Notes under the pieces: model-generated
What the model saw: the letters and a program-made list of their open reading frames with translations, nothing else
What the model was told of the DNA's origin: nothing
Database searches by the model: none
Source: Vicinamibacterales bacterium
GTDB taxonomy: Bacteria > Acidobacteriota > Vicinamibacteria > Vicinamibacterales > UBA8438
Reading direction: 5' to 3'
Length of the DNA stretch: 64,000 nt
Assembly: GCA_965200475.1 (NCBI GenBank)
Contig: CBDAUL010000007.1
Location: 370,516 to 434,515, forward strand
Program-made: the position numbers and the translations under genes
In this document: in pieces, positions 52,734-61,522 of the stretch
Layout: the number at the start of each line of letters is the position of its first letter
Numbering within the stretch: the stretch's first letter is position 1

Positions 52734-53334
52734 CGTCTGCGAGGCTGTAGGCCGGCCGTGCGGGCTCGGTTTCGTCGCGCGCGATCCGATTGTGGGCCAG
52801 CGCGTTGCGAAGTTCCTGGAGCCGGGCCAGCGGGCGCCGGATGGCGGCCGGGTCGCCTTCGCCCCGGACAAGTGCGTCGAGCGCCTGGTTCACGTCCCGG
52901 ATGACCTCGATGTCGAGGAGCGCGGGCGCAAAGTGCGACAATTCGCGTACGTGGCGCCGAAGTCGCCCCACGTCGTTCCGTGACTGGAGCCGGGGCGGCA
53001 GATTGCCCAGCGCCTCCTGCATCAGCGCCAGCTCCCTGCGGACCCGGCGCCCTGCCTTGCCCTGTCCCGCGGTACCGGCTGCGACGGTTCGTGCAACCGA
53101 TCGAACTGCCGGGACGGACTGACGGGGTACGAGCATCAGCTCCAGATCGAGGGCTCGGGCCAGTGCGACCAGGTTCGAGAGCCTGAGATCGACGCTGCCG
53201 TTCTCGATCCTCGAGATATGGCCCTGCGGCACGGCCGAGTTGACGCTCAATTCACGCTGGCTGAGGCCTCGTGCTGCACGGGTAGCCCGCAGGGTGCTGG
53301 TGACATGCTCGGTCGCGTAGCTCGTTTTATTCAT
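52726..53334 (-). CDS. hipB: XRE-family HTH protein in the HipB position, with a ~120-aa C-terminal extension
   Basis: HTH LRATRAARGLSQRELSVNSAVPQGHISRIENGSVDLRLSNLVALARALDLEL. It overlaps hipA by 8 nt. At 201 aa it is more than twice the length of the ~88-aa E. coli HipB. Confidence 0.7.
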   Translation of the reverse strand: MNKTSYATEHVTSTLRATRAARGLSQRELSVNSAVPQGHISRIENGSVDLRLSNLVALARALDLELMLVPRQSVPAVRSVARTVAAGTAGQGKAGRRVRRELALMQEALGNLPPRLQSRNDVGRLRRHVRELSHFAPALLDIEVIRDVNQALDALVRGEGDPAAIRRPLARLQELRNALAHNRIARDETEPARPAYSLADDG

Positions 53335-53350
53335 ATAAATGAATCAAATA

Positions 53351-53372
53351 CACTATACTATTCAGCATAGTG
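53351..53372. promoter_or_regulatory. Inverted repeat CACTAT-N10-ATAGTG in the AT-rich hipBA leader (candidate operator)
   Basis: Read directly. It lies 17-38 nt upstream of the hipB ATG, within a ~65-nt AT-rich patch that is exceptional for this genome. Confidence 0.35.
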
Positions 53373-53414
53373 AAACGTCACGGTACCCAACCACCCAGGA
53401 ATCCTGCGACGTCC

Positions 53415-53915
53415 CTACGGCGCAGACACCTGGCTTTCCGGCCAGACGCCCAGCGCCTTCCGCAACGCCACGATCTGCCCGGCGTGGTAGCCGTTGTGAT
53501 CCAGCAGGATCAGCGCCGCCCGCAACGCGTGATGGTCCTCCTTCTCGGCCGCGGGCACCCTGGAGAACAGGTCCAGGTCGGTATCCTCGACGAGGCGCGC
53601 CATCTGCTCGGTGGCTTCCAGCGCGCTCCGGCAGCTCGCCGACCACGCCTCCGCGGAGGGCGGCTCCGGGGTTGCGGGCCAGTAGCCCGCGGGCCAGTCC
53701 CGCGCCGCGTACGCCGGATCGCGGCAGTAATCGACGAGGTCCTCCGCCGCCAGCCGCAGGTGCTCGACCTGCTGCCAAGCGGTATGCGGGTGCCCCGCAA
53801 CCGCCTTGCCGGCGAGCTCCGCGGGAAAACCGTCGAGCGCAGCGGCCAGCCCGGCATGGGCATGGCTGCGCCGCAACTGCTTCGCGACCATCTCTCTCAA
53901 CTGGGCAATGCTCAT
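53415..53915 (-). CDS. DinB-family (DinB_2-like) four-helix-bundle metalloprotein
   Basis: Internal ATG at 53915 (MSIAQLREMV...). Histidine pattern (...HTAWQQVEHLRLAAEDL..., ...LLDHNGYHAGQIVALR) is typical of the DinB family. Confidence 0.6.
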   Translation of the reverse strand: MSIAQLREMVAKQLRRSHAHAGLAAALDGFPAELAGKAVAGHPHTAWQQVEHLRLAAEDLVDYCRDPAYAARDWPAGYWPATPEPPSAEAWSASCRSALEATEQMARLVEDTDLDLFSRVPAAEKEDHHALRAALILLDHNGYHAGQIVALRKALGVWPESQVSAP

Positions 53916-54031
53916 GCCCGAGGATATCTCACCGGCATCCCGCGGCCAGGCCGCACCACCGGCGAACGGGTTGCTGATCCGCGTTGGCCATATAATCGGG
54001 CGGTCGAACGGCAACCAGCAAGGAGAGCGCC

Positions 54032-54928
54032 ATGACATCCCGCCACCTGCTTCGCACGCTCGGGCTCTTCTGCCTCGCCGGCGTCGTCTCCAGCTACCCG
54101 CAGGCCGCGTGGGCGCAGGATCGCCAGCTCTTCATGCTCGTGACGGACTTCTCCGACCAGCCGCTGCTGGATGTCCGCGCCGACGAGGTGGATCTGCAGA
54201 TGGTGGGAGCCGATTGCACGATCAAGGACATGCACCTCGACGCGGGGCCGATGAAGGTGGCGCTGCTGGTCGACAACAGCGACGCTGCCGCGCAGTCGCT
54301 CAACCCGCTGCGCGACGGGCTGAGCGCCTTCCTGGACGCGCTGCCTCCGGAGCACGAGGTAGGTCTGTTCACCATCGCCGGCCAGGTCCGCCGGCGCGTC
54401 GATTTCACGACCGACCGCGATGAGCTGAAGGAGCGGGCAAGCGGTCTCTTCGTCGACCGCAACACCGGCGTCATCTATATCGACGGCCTCGTCGAGACGT
54501 GGGAGCGGCGCTTCGACGACGACGACGCCTGGCCGGTCTTCGTCGCGCTGGTCTACGACGGCGCCGAGGGCAGCCGCAGCACCCAGCAGGACGAGTTCAA
54601 CGAGTTCGCGTTCGAGTTGCAGATGCGCGCCGCCACCGTTCACGCCGTGCTGGTTTCCACGCGGGGCGGCAACGTGCAGACGGAAGTGTCCACGTTTCTG
54701 ACGCGGAACACCGGCGGCACCTACCGGGCGCTGGCGGCGCCGACGGCGCTGGCGGACGTCTTCACGGAACTGGGGACGCTGATGGGCGAGCACCATCGCG
54801 CGGTGCAGGACCGGTATCGCGTCGTGTACGAGTGCGAGCCGGGCGACGCGGGCGGCTCGATCAGCGCCGGCGTGTTGCGCCCCAACGTGCTGGTGCGGCT
54901 GTATCCCGACCGCCGCCTCCGGCAGTAG
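54032..54928 (+). CDS. Secreted von Willebrand factor type A (VWA)-like protein
   Basis: Signal peptide. VALLVDNSDAA (a DxSxS-like MIDAS start), ...VGLFTIAGQ..., ...PVFVALVYDGAEGS. Confidence 0.55.
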   Translation: MTSRHLLRTLGLFCLAGVVSSYPQAAWAQDRQLFMLVTDFSDQPLLDVRADEVDLQMVGADCTIKDMHLDAGPMKVALLVDNSDAAAQSLNPLRDGLSAFLDALPPEHEVGLFTIAGQVRRRVDFTTDRDELKERASGLFVDRNTGVIYIDGLVETWERRFDDDDAWPVFVALVYDGAEGSRSTQQDEFNEFAFELQMRAATVHAVLVSTRGGNVQTEVSTFLTRNTGGTYRALAAPTALADVFTELGTLMGEHHRAVQDRYRVVYECEPGDAGGSISAGVLRPNVLVRLYPDRRLRQ

Positions 54929-54991
54929 GCGGGGGAGTCGACGGCGGACGGATCGGTGCTCGAGCTGCCCTGGGCGCGGGGGGGATGGGTC

Positions 54992-55449
54992 ATGAGACAG
55001 TGGATCGCAATCGGGCTGCTCGCCGCGCTGGCGGCGGCATGCGGCGGAGGCGGGCCGGAAGGCCGGGGGAGGCGGCGGAGCCCCCCGCAGCGGCCGTCGA
55101 AGCCTGCGCTCCGGTCGGCGAGCTCCAGTTCATCTGCGACGTCGTCAGCCCGGAGGACCTGGCCGTCGTGCCGGATTCCGACTGGGTGATCGCCTCCGGG
55201 AACCAGGAAGGCGGGCGGATTCAGCTCGTCAGCGTGAGCGGCAGGACGGCGCGCGTCCTGTTTCCCGCCGCGGCGGCGGGCGAGCGGCTCGACGACGAGG
55301 CGTACCCGACCTGTCCGGGACCGATCGACCCGGCCGAGGGCGACGGCTTCAGGGCGCACGGTCTGTACCTGAAGCCGGGTCCGGCAGCCGTGCACACGCT
55401 GTTCGTCGTGCACCACGGGTTGCGCGAGTCGATCCGATCCCGGAGCTGA
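54992..55449 (+). pseudogene. Lipoprotein (arylesterase/SMP-30-like beta-propeller N-terminus), frameshifted and 3'-truncated
   Basis: MRQWIAIGLLAALAAACGGG in one frame. The continuation ...EAAEPPAAAVEACAPVGELQFICDVVSPEDLAVVPDSDWVIASGNQEGGRIQLV...FRAHGLYLKPG...LFVVHHGLRESI is in another frame, with the switch in a G-run near 55060. The homology stops at about 55440, where the insertion-sequence region begins. Confidence 0.5.
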
Positions 55450-55756
55450 CGTACTGCAGAGGGCTGCGGCGCGTCGATGTAATGGGCGGGACCGTGGCCG
55501 CGCTGTCTCGCATGTCAGGATCGGGGACGCTGGGTGGGGGCTGGCGCGCCGCTGGAGACGGAAACGCCGGCTCCGGCGACGTTAGCCCATGTTTACCAAG
55601 TTGATGGGTGATTTTGCCTATTTGGACGGTATTTTGAGGCGTGTGCGCCTGCAACTTGTTGATTCTAAATGATCGGGGTTTGGCAGGACGCGATGTAGTG
55701 CCATAATCGTATCGGCGCCCTTGCGCCACGGTAGTACGCCCCGCTATCGTGGCAGC

Positions 55757-57245
55757 ATGTTCATTCGGCGCACCCAGACCCGCCGGACCGCGGACGGCAA
55801 GCCCTATTTCTCACACCGCCTGGTCCACACCGAACGCCTCGGTCACACCGTGCGTCAGCGCACGCTGCTCAACCTCGGGCGCCACTTCGACATTGCCCAG
55901 GCTGACTGGCCGCTGCTGTGCACCCGCATCACCGACGTGCTCAACGGCCAGACCCCGCTGATGGCCGAGTGTCCGCCCGCCGTCGAGGAGGAAGCGCAGC
56001 GCATCGCCGCGCAGTTGCTCGCCCGCGGCGCCCAGGCGAGCATGCCGACCGGCGCAGCGGCCGACATCCAGCGGGTCGACGTCGACTCGTTGCGCCTGGT
56101 CCGCCCCCGTAGCGTCGGCGTCGAGCAGTTGGGTCTGTGGGCGCTCGACCAGGTCGGCCTGCCGGACTTGTTGGCCCGCCTGGGTGTCAACGGCGCGCTG
56201 CGCACGGCGGCGGCCGGCCTCATCGTCGGGCGCCTGGCCACCCGGCCTCCGAGCGCGAGACGCATCGCTGGCTGCAGCACCAGAGCGGCCTCGGCGAGTT
56301 GCTCGGCGTCGACTTCGAGACCGTCGGCGCCATGCAGCTCTACCGCGCCTCGGACCAGCTGGTGAAGCATCGCGACGCGATCGAGACGCACCTGTTCGAA
56401 CGAGCCCTCGGGCTCTTCGACCTGCAGCCGACCGTCACCCTCTACGACCTGACCAACACGTATTTCGAAGGCGAGGCGAGCGAGCAGCCGCAGGCCAAGC
56501 GCGGGCACTCGAAAGAGAGGCGCAGCGATTGCCCCTTGCTGACCCTCGGCTTGATGCTCGATGCTAGCGGCTTCGTCCGCCGCTCGAAGGTCTTCGCCGG
56601 CAACGTCCGCGAACACCGCACCCTGGCCGGCATGCTCGACGCGCTCGACGCGCCGGCCGGCGCCCTCGTGGTCGTCGACCGCGGCATCGCCACCGAGGCC
56701 GCCATCAGCTGGCTCCGCGAGAATCACTATCGCTACCTGGTCGTCAGCCGCGAGCGGCACCGCCAGTTCGACGCCGACGCCGCCGTGTCGATCCAGACGC
56801 AATCCCAACAGACCGTGCATCTGCACAAGGTCGTCGCCACCGACCCCGACGAAGTTCGCCTCTACTGCTACTCGGAGGAGCGGGCCGAGAAGGAACGCGG
56901 CATCGTCGAGCGCTTCGCCACCCGCTTCGAGGCCGCCCTGACCAAGCTCAACAACGGGCTGTCACGGCCGCGCGCCCACAAGCGCGTCGAACAGGTCTGG
57001 CAACGCATCGGGCGCCTCAAGGCCCGGCATACCCGCGTCGCCGCCCACTACCAGATCGACGTCACCGCCGACGAGACCGGCAACCAAGCGTCGCCGTCAC
57101 CTGGACCCGACGCCCCCAGGACGGCTCGATGCTCACCCATCCGGGCGTCTACTGCCTGCGCAGCAGCGAGACCGACTGGGACGAAGACACCCTCTGGCGC
57201 ACCTACACCACGCTCACCGACGTCGAAGCCGTCTTCCGTTCGCTC
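55757..57245 (+). pseudogene. IS1634-family (IS4-superfamily DDE) transposase gene with two frameshifts and a 3' truncation
   Basis: MFIRRTQTRRTADGKPYFSHRLVHTERLGHTVRQRTLLNLG... There is a 1-nt deletion near 56240 (GRLA|HPASERETHRWLQ). Then ...LYDLTNTYFEGE...KRGHSKERRSDCPLL...VVVDRGI..., followed by a second frameshift near 57090. It ends at ...TLTDVEAVFRSL (57245), where the family normally continues. Confidence 0.7.
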
Positions 57246-57558
57246 ATGTTCGGCGTCAACTACTCTTGCCGGTGGACGACAACTATTTTTGCCGGTTGAG
57301 AAGATCGGAGATCTGTCTCAAGGAAGATGATGGCCTGTGCAGCCTGTGGGCGGCGCTCGCGCCGTCCAAAGCGGGGTGGGAAACGCGCTTGTTCGCCGGT
57401 CCCACGTTCTCTCAGCTCGTTGGCGCGCGTTTTCCACGCCGCTGGCAGGATGCACAGGCCCTCGGGAATCGAACCGACATCGAGAGGGTGCTCGACGAGC
57501 TCGGTCACGGACCGGAGCAAGAGCGCGGAGTGAGCCGCCGCGGTGCTCGGTTGACAGT

Positions 57559-58380
57559 TCAGGAGGTCGGGGGTCGACGACGGCGCGGCAGCAGCGGACC
57601 TGGCGGACGTCCACGCGGCGCGGGCGGTGGCGATGGAGCCGGCGCTGCCGGCCGCGACCGTTCCGTTCGAAAGCTCGGCACGTCGAACTCGAGCACCACC
57701 GAGTGGTGCACCAAGCGGTCGATCGCCGCAGCGGTGGCCATCTGGTCGTGGAAGATCCGGGCCCACTGGCTGAAGACGAGGTTGCTGGTCACCATCACCG
57801 AGCGGCGCTCGTAGCGCTCGGCGAGCAACGTGAACAGCACCTCCGCCTCGTCGGGACTCTGCTGCACGTAGCCGAGGTCGTCGAGCAGGATCGCTTCGAA
57901 GAGGTCGAGCTTTCGCAGCGCCCGCGGCAAGTCGAGGTCGCGTTTCGCGCCGAGCAGTTCCTGGACCAGGGCGTAGGCCGGCATGCACAACACGCTGCGG
58001 CCCGCCTCGACCAGCGTGTGCCCGACAGCGCACAGCGCGTGGCTCTTGCCGACGCCAGGTAAACCGAAGGCCAGCACGTTGGTCGCCGTCTCGAGGAACG
58101 CGCCGGTCGCCAGCGTCTCGAGCTGCTGGACGAGCGGCGCCGGGAGCCGGCCGGTGTCGAGCGTCTCGAACGTCTTGCCGGGCGGCAGACGCGATGCCCG
58201 CCGCAGTCGGGCGATCCGCCGCTGGCGGCGGGCCTCGGCTTCGGCCTCGAACACTTCCACCAGCACTGGCAGCGCGTCGTGGTGGCCGGCCTGCGTCAGT
58301 CGCGGCACCAGCTCCTCGGCTGCCGTCGTCAGGCCGAACTGCTGGAGCAACGTCGTCGACGCCGTGCTCGCCGGCGTCAT
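57559..58380 (-). CDS. istB: IS21 helper ATPase IstB
   Basis: Internal ATG at 58380 overlaps the istA stop. Walker A GLPGVGKSH, Walker B AILLDDLGY, and ...ERYERRSVMVTSNLVFSQW. Confidence 0.88.
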   Translation of the reverse strand: MTPASTASTTLLQQFGLTTAAEELVPRLTQAGHHDALPVLVEVFEAEAEARRQRRIARLRRASRLPPGKTFETLDTGRLPAPLVQQLETLATGAFLETATNVLAFGLPGVGKSHALCAVGHTLVEAGRSVLCMPAYALVQELLGAKRDLDLPRALRKLDLFEAILLDDLGYVQQSPDEAEVLFTLLAERYERRSVMVTSNLVFSQWARIFHDQMATAAAIDRLVHHSVVLEFDVPSFRTERSRPAAPAPSPPPAPRGRPPGPLLPRRRRPPTS

Positions 58381-59897
58381 CCGTGCAGACCTCCGCTCAA
58401 CAGCGCGTCGTAGTGCGACAGGTCCGGCCGGGGGATGTGCACCACGGGAATGGTCGGGACCGGCGGCTGCACCTCGGCCTGGACGCTGGCGTAGTCGCAC
58501 GCGGCGCCAGCGGCGAGTCGAGCGCCAAGCGTCGCCTCGACCTGCCGCTCGCTGGTCGTCGCCGCCAGATGCAACAGCCGCACATACTCGACGTCGGCCC
58601 GCTCGCCGTGCGTCCGACCGAGCGCGTCATACGCTGCCCGGAACACGAGCGACGGGAACAGCTCCTCGCGGAAGCGGTAGCGGGCGAAGGCACCCGGCTT
58701 GCGGACCAGGCTCGCAATGATGTGCCGATAGTCGATCCGGTGGTCGGCCGCGCCCCGCAACCGCGGCATCGTGCACACCACCCGGCCGCCGTAGAGGGCC
58801 TCGACCGTCGACGGATGCTGACGCGCCTCGACCGTGTGACCGATCAACCGCGACGGCACCGAGTAGATCCGGCCGCCGACGCGGATCGTGCTCCACTTGC
58901 GCACCCGGCACCGAAACGTCGTGTACTCCGGCACCCGCGCCGACGGCAACGGTCGCAGAAACGCCCGCTCCTCGGCCAGCCGAGACGCCGCCGGCCGATT
59001 GCGCTCCTCGTCGACAACCGCTCGCACGAACCGCAGATACGCCGACTCGTCGTCGAAGTCTCTCGCGCCCCGCAACAGCAGCGCCTGCTCGAGGGCCGTC
59101 TTCGTCCGGAAGTGCGACTGCTCGGCCACGCCGTTCTCGTGCGGCTTGCCCGGCTGGATCCGTGACGAGCCCAGTCCGTAGTGGTCCAGCACCTGCTGGA
59201 ACCGCGCCGTCAACTGGCGCCCGCCGCTCCGCTTCAGCTCGTGCGTCGCCGCCGACAGATTGTCATGACGAAGCACCGCCGGCACCGCGCCCAGCGTCCA
59301 CAGCGCACCCTGCAGGCCCGCCACCAGCGCCTCGAACGTCTCGCTCACGGCCAGTGCCACATACGTCCACCGGCTGTAGCTCAGCACCCACTCGAAGAGC
59401 AGGTGCGGGAACGGCGTCCCCTGGATCGTCACCCCCAAGTCGCTCGCGTCGGTGAAGTCGAACGCCGCTTCCCGACCCGGCACCGCAACTTGCTCGAAGT
59501 AGACCTCACGATCGGCACCATACTGCGCCCGCCACGCGCGGACCCGCCGCTGCAACGTGCGTAGCTGCCCCGCCCGAAAGCGACCCGGATGCCGCCGGCA
59601 CAGCCACGCGAACAGCTTCAGCACCTGCAAGCGTCCCCTCGTATCGGCTACCAACTGCGGTACCACCTCCAACTGCCACACGTCGGCGAACGGGTCCTCC
59701 CGCGTCCGCCACCACCGCGGCGACTTCACCGTCGACGGCAACGCGCCGCGCTGCCAGTCTCGCGCCGTCCGCTCGCTCATGCCTGCCGCCGCGGCCGCCG
59801 CCGCCAGCGTCTTCCCAGACAGCCGTTTCTCGCGCAATCGCCGTACCTGCGCGTCCGTGACCAACCCGCCCTCCACGAGGAAAACGGGCAGTTTCAC
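58377..59897 (-). CDS. istA: IS21 transposase IstA
   Basis: HTH N-terminus. DDE core (...AFDFTD...LFEWVLSYSRWTYVAL..., ...LRHDNLSAA..., ...GKPHENGVAEQSH). GTG start. Confidence 0.88.
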   Translation of the reverse strand: MKLPVFLVEGGLVTDAQVRRLREKRLSGKTLAAAAAAAGMSERTARDWQRGALPSTVKSPRWWRTREDPFADVWQLEVVPQLVADTRGRLQVLKLFAWLCRRHPGRFRAGQLRTLQRRVRAWRAQYGADREVYFEQVAVPGREAAFDFTDASDLGVTIQGTPFPHLLFEWVLSYSRWTYVALAVSETFEALVAGLQGALWTLGAVPAVLRHDNLSAATHELKRSGGRQLTARFQQVLDHYGLGSSRIQPGKPHENGVAEQSHFRTKTALEQALLLRGARDFDDESAYLRFVRAVVDEERNRPAASRLAEERAFLRPLPSARVPEYTTFRCRVRKWSTIRVGGRIYSVPSRLIGHTVEARQHPSTVEALYGGRVVCTMPRLRGAADHRIDYRHIIASLVRKPGAFARYRFREELFPSLVFRAAYDALGRTHGERADVEYVRLLHLAATTSERQVEATLGARLAAGAACDYASVQAEVQPPVPTIPVVHIPRPDLSHYDALLSGGLHG

Positions 59898-59966
59898 ACG
59901 ACGCTGAGCGCGTTCACCAACCGGCCGGTCGCGTCCGCGGCGACCGGCAGAAATAATTGTCGTTGA

Positions 59967-60670
59967 TCATCCCCGCGGCGGCGTTGAAGACGACGACCTC
60001 GGTTGCCACGAATGCGACGGCGGTTTCCGTACAATGCCTTCTGCGCAGCACGCTTCTGCGGCGGCGTCGTCAGCGTCTCCGGCAACGTCGTTGAATCACC
60101 CGCCGACGCATCCTGCACACTCACCGAGAGAATGGCGCCCGTCTCCAGGTCGACCCCGTGCTCGGCCTTGTGGGCCAAGTGCGTCCGACCGTCCTTCATC
60201 TTCGTGATCTTCGCGTCCGGATCCTGGGGAGACTGCCAGTCCTTGTTCGACGTCTTCTTGCCCTTTCGGGACCGGTCGAAACGCGCCAACTCCGCGCGCG
60301 TCGGCGTCGCAAGCCCCGAGGCTTCCGCCAGACGCTGCAGAAACGCCTCGTACGATTCGCCCGTGTCCCGACGCTCGATGCTCCGCATCGCCGCGTTCGC
60401 TTCCAGCGTCGTCGCATCGACGCCGACCGTCTTGCCCCGAACCAGACCCGCTTCCGACAGCCGCTCGAGAACCCACGTGAACACGGCTCCGTGCGTCTCC
60501 ACATCGATCAGCCGACGCGTCCGAGACAGCGGTCGAGTGGTTCGGCGCCGCCTCGGTCACATCCAGGTCCAGGAACGACCGCAGGCTCAGCGAGTCGGCC
60601 ACCCGCCACGCAATCCCACGCTCCGACGACAGGCCCTCGAAATGCAGAGCATCTTTCGGTCGGCGGCGCG
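59967..60670 (-). pseudogene. IS5/IS1182-superfamily (DUF772-type) transposase fragment, contiguous copy
   Basis: ...RRRPKDALHFEGLSSERGIAWRVADSLSLRSFLDLDVTEAAPNHST, then a +1 frameshift, then LSRTRRLIDVETHGAVFTWVLERLSEAGLVRGKTVGVDATTLEANAAMRSIERRDTGESYEAFL...DPDAKITKMKDGRTHLAHKAEHGVDLETGAI...NRRRIRGNRGRRLQRRRG. It is cut at its C-terminal end by the IS21 terminus. Confidence 0.65.
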
Positions 60671-60708
60671 GTGTACCGCACCCGTTTCTTGGACACAAGT
60701 TTGTGCTA

Positions 60709-61215
60709 CGCCCGTGTCCCGACGCTCGATGCTCCGCATCGCCGCGTTCGCTTCCAGCGTCGTCGCATCGACGCCGACCGTCTTCGAGCAAGCCGAAGCT
60801 GGGGCGGATGCCCCAGTAGCGGACCTTGCGTGGTGTCGAGCCCTTGCGCGACCGGCTCGAGGGCCGCGAAACGGCTCCCAACCTTGCACACGTGCCAACC
60901 CACGCACTCGGCGTTCCAGTGGTCGACCAGACCCGCTTCCGACAGCCGCTCGAGAACCCACGTGAACACGGCTCCGTGCGTCTCCACATCGATCAGCCGA
61001 CGCGTCCGAGACAGCGGTCGAGTGGTTCGGCGCCGCCTCGGTCACATCCAGGTCGAGACCGTAGCGCCGCCCCGTCGTCGCGGAGGTCGTTTGGCTCATC
61101 GTCGCGACCTCCGCAGGAACGACCGCAGGCTCAGCGAGTCGGCCACCCGCCACGCAATCCCACGCTCCGACGACAGGCCCTCGAAATGCAGAGCATCTTT
61201 CGGTCGGCGGCGCGG
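60709..61215 (-). repeat. Second, interrupted copy of three segments of the same transposase gene, interleaved with rve-type transposase fragments
   Basis: Three exact repeats: 60358..60435 = 60709..60785, 60441..60570 = 60927..61056, and 60571..60670 = 61117..61215. In this copy they are separated by 141 nt and 60 nt of unrelated coding-like sequence (HWNAECVGWHVCKVGSRFAALEPVAQGL; VRYWGIRPSFG; GGAGG-N8-ATG MSQTTSATTGRRYGL). Confidence 0.75.
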
Positions 61216-61522
61216 CGCCCAGCGGTGCGGCAGAAGGTTCACGATCGCTCGCCGCGCCGGTGAGCGACAGATAGATTGAACTAAGCCGCTGCCCCCTGGA
61301 CGCTATGGGGATTGAATCGGCCCGGCTGTCGACCGAGGACGCAGGCGGTGGCGTGGCTTGGGCTCGGCGGGCGCCGCTGCGCAGCTCCTGGAGGCCTGCG
61401 ACGAGCGAAGTCGGAGGGCTGGAGAACACGAGGGCCGTCGAGGCGTCGTGAGAGAGGGACGCGAGACAGACTTCTCCCGTCATGTGCGGCGCGCAGTGTT
61501 GCGGTGGAAGCGGTCGGTCGTG

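Larger units (their letters stand above)
57273..59966 (-). mobile_element. IS21-family insertion sequence (istA-istB), 2.7 kb
   Basis: The terminal inverted repeats match at 20/24 positions: TGGACGACAACTATTTTTGCCGGT (57273..57296) against the reverse complement of 59943..59966 (TCAACGACAATTATTTCTGCCGGT). Extra CCGG-containing subrepeats lie near both ends. istA and istB overlap by ATGA. Confidence 0.8.

Noticed and set aside
60358-61215. The possibility that the regularly recurring identical segments form a CRISPR array.
   Set aside because: The three repeated units are 78-130 nt long and differ from one another. Each occurs only twice, and together they form a contiguous transposase coding sequence. 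No short palindromic repeat unit is present.
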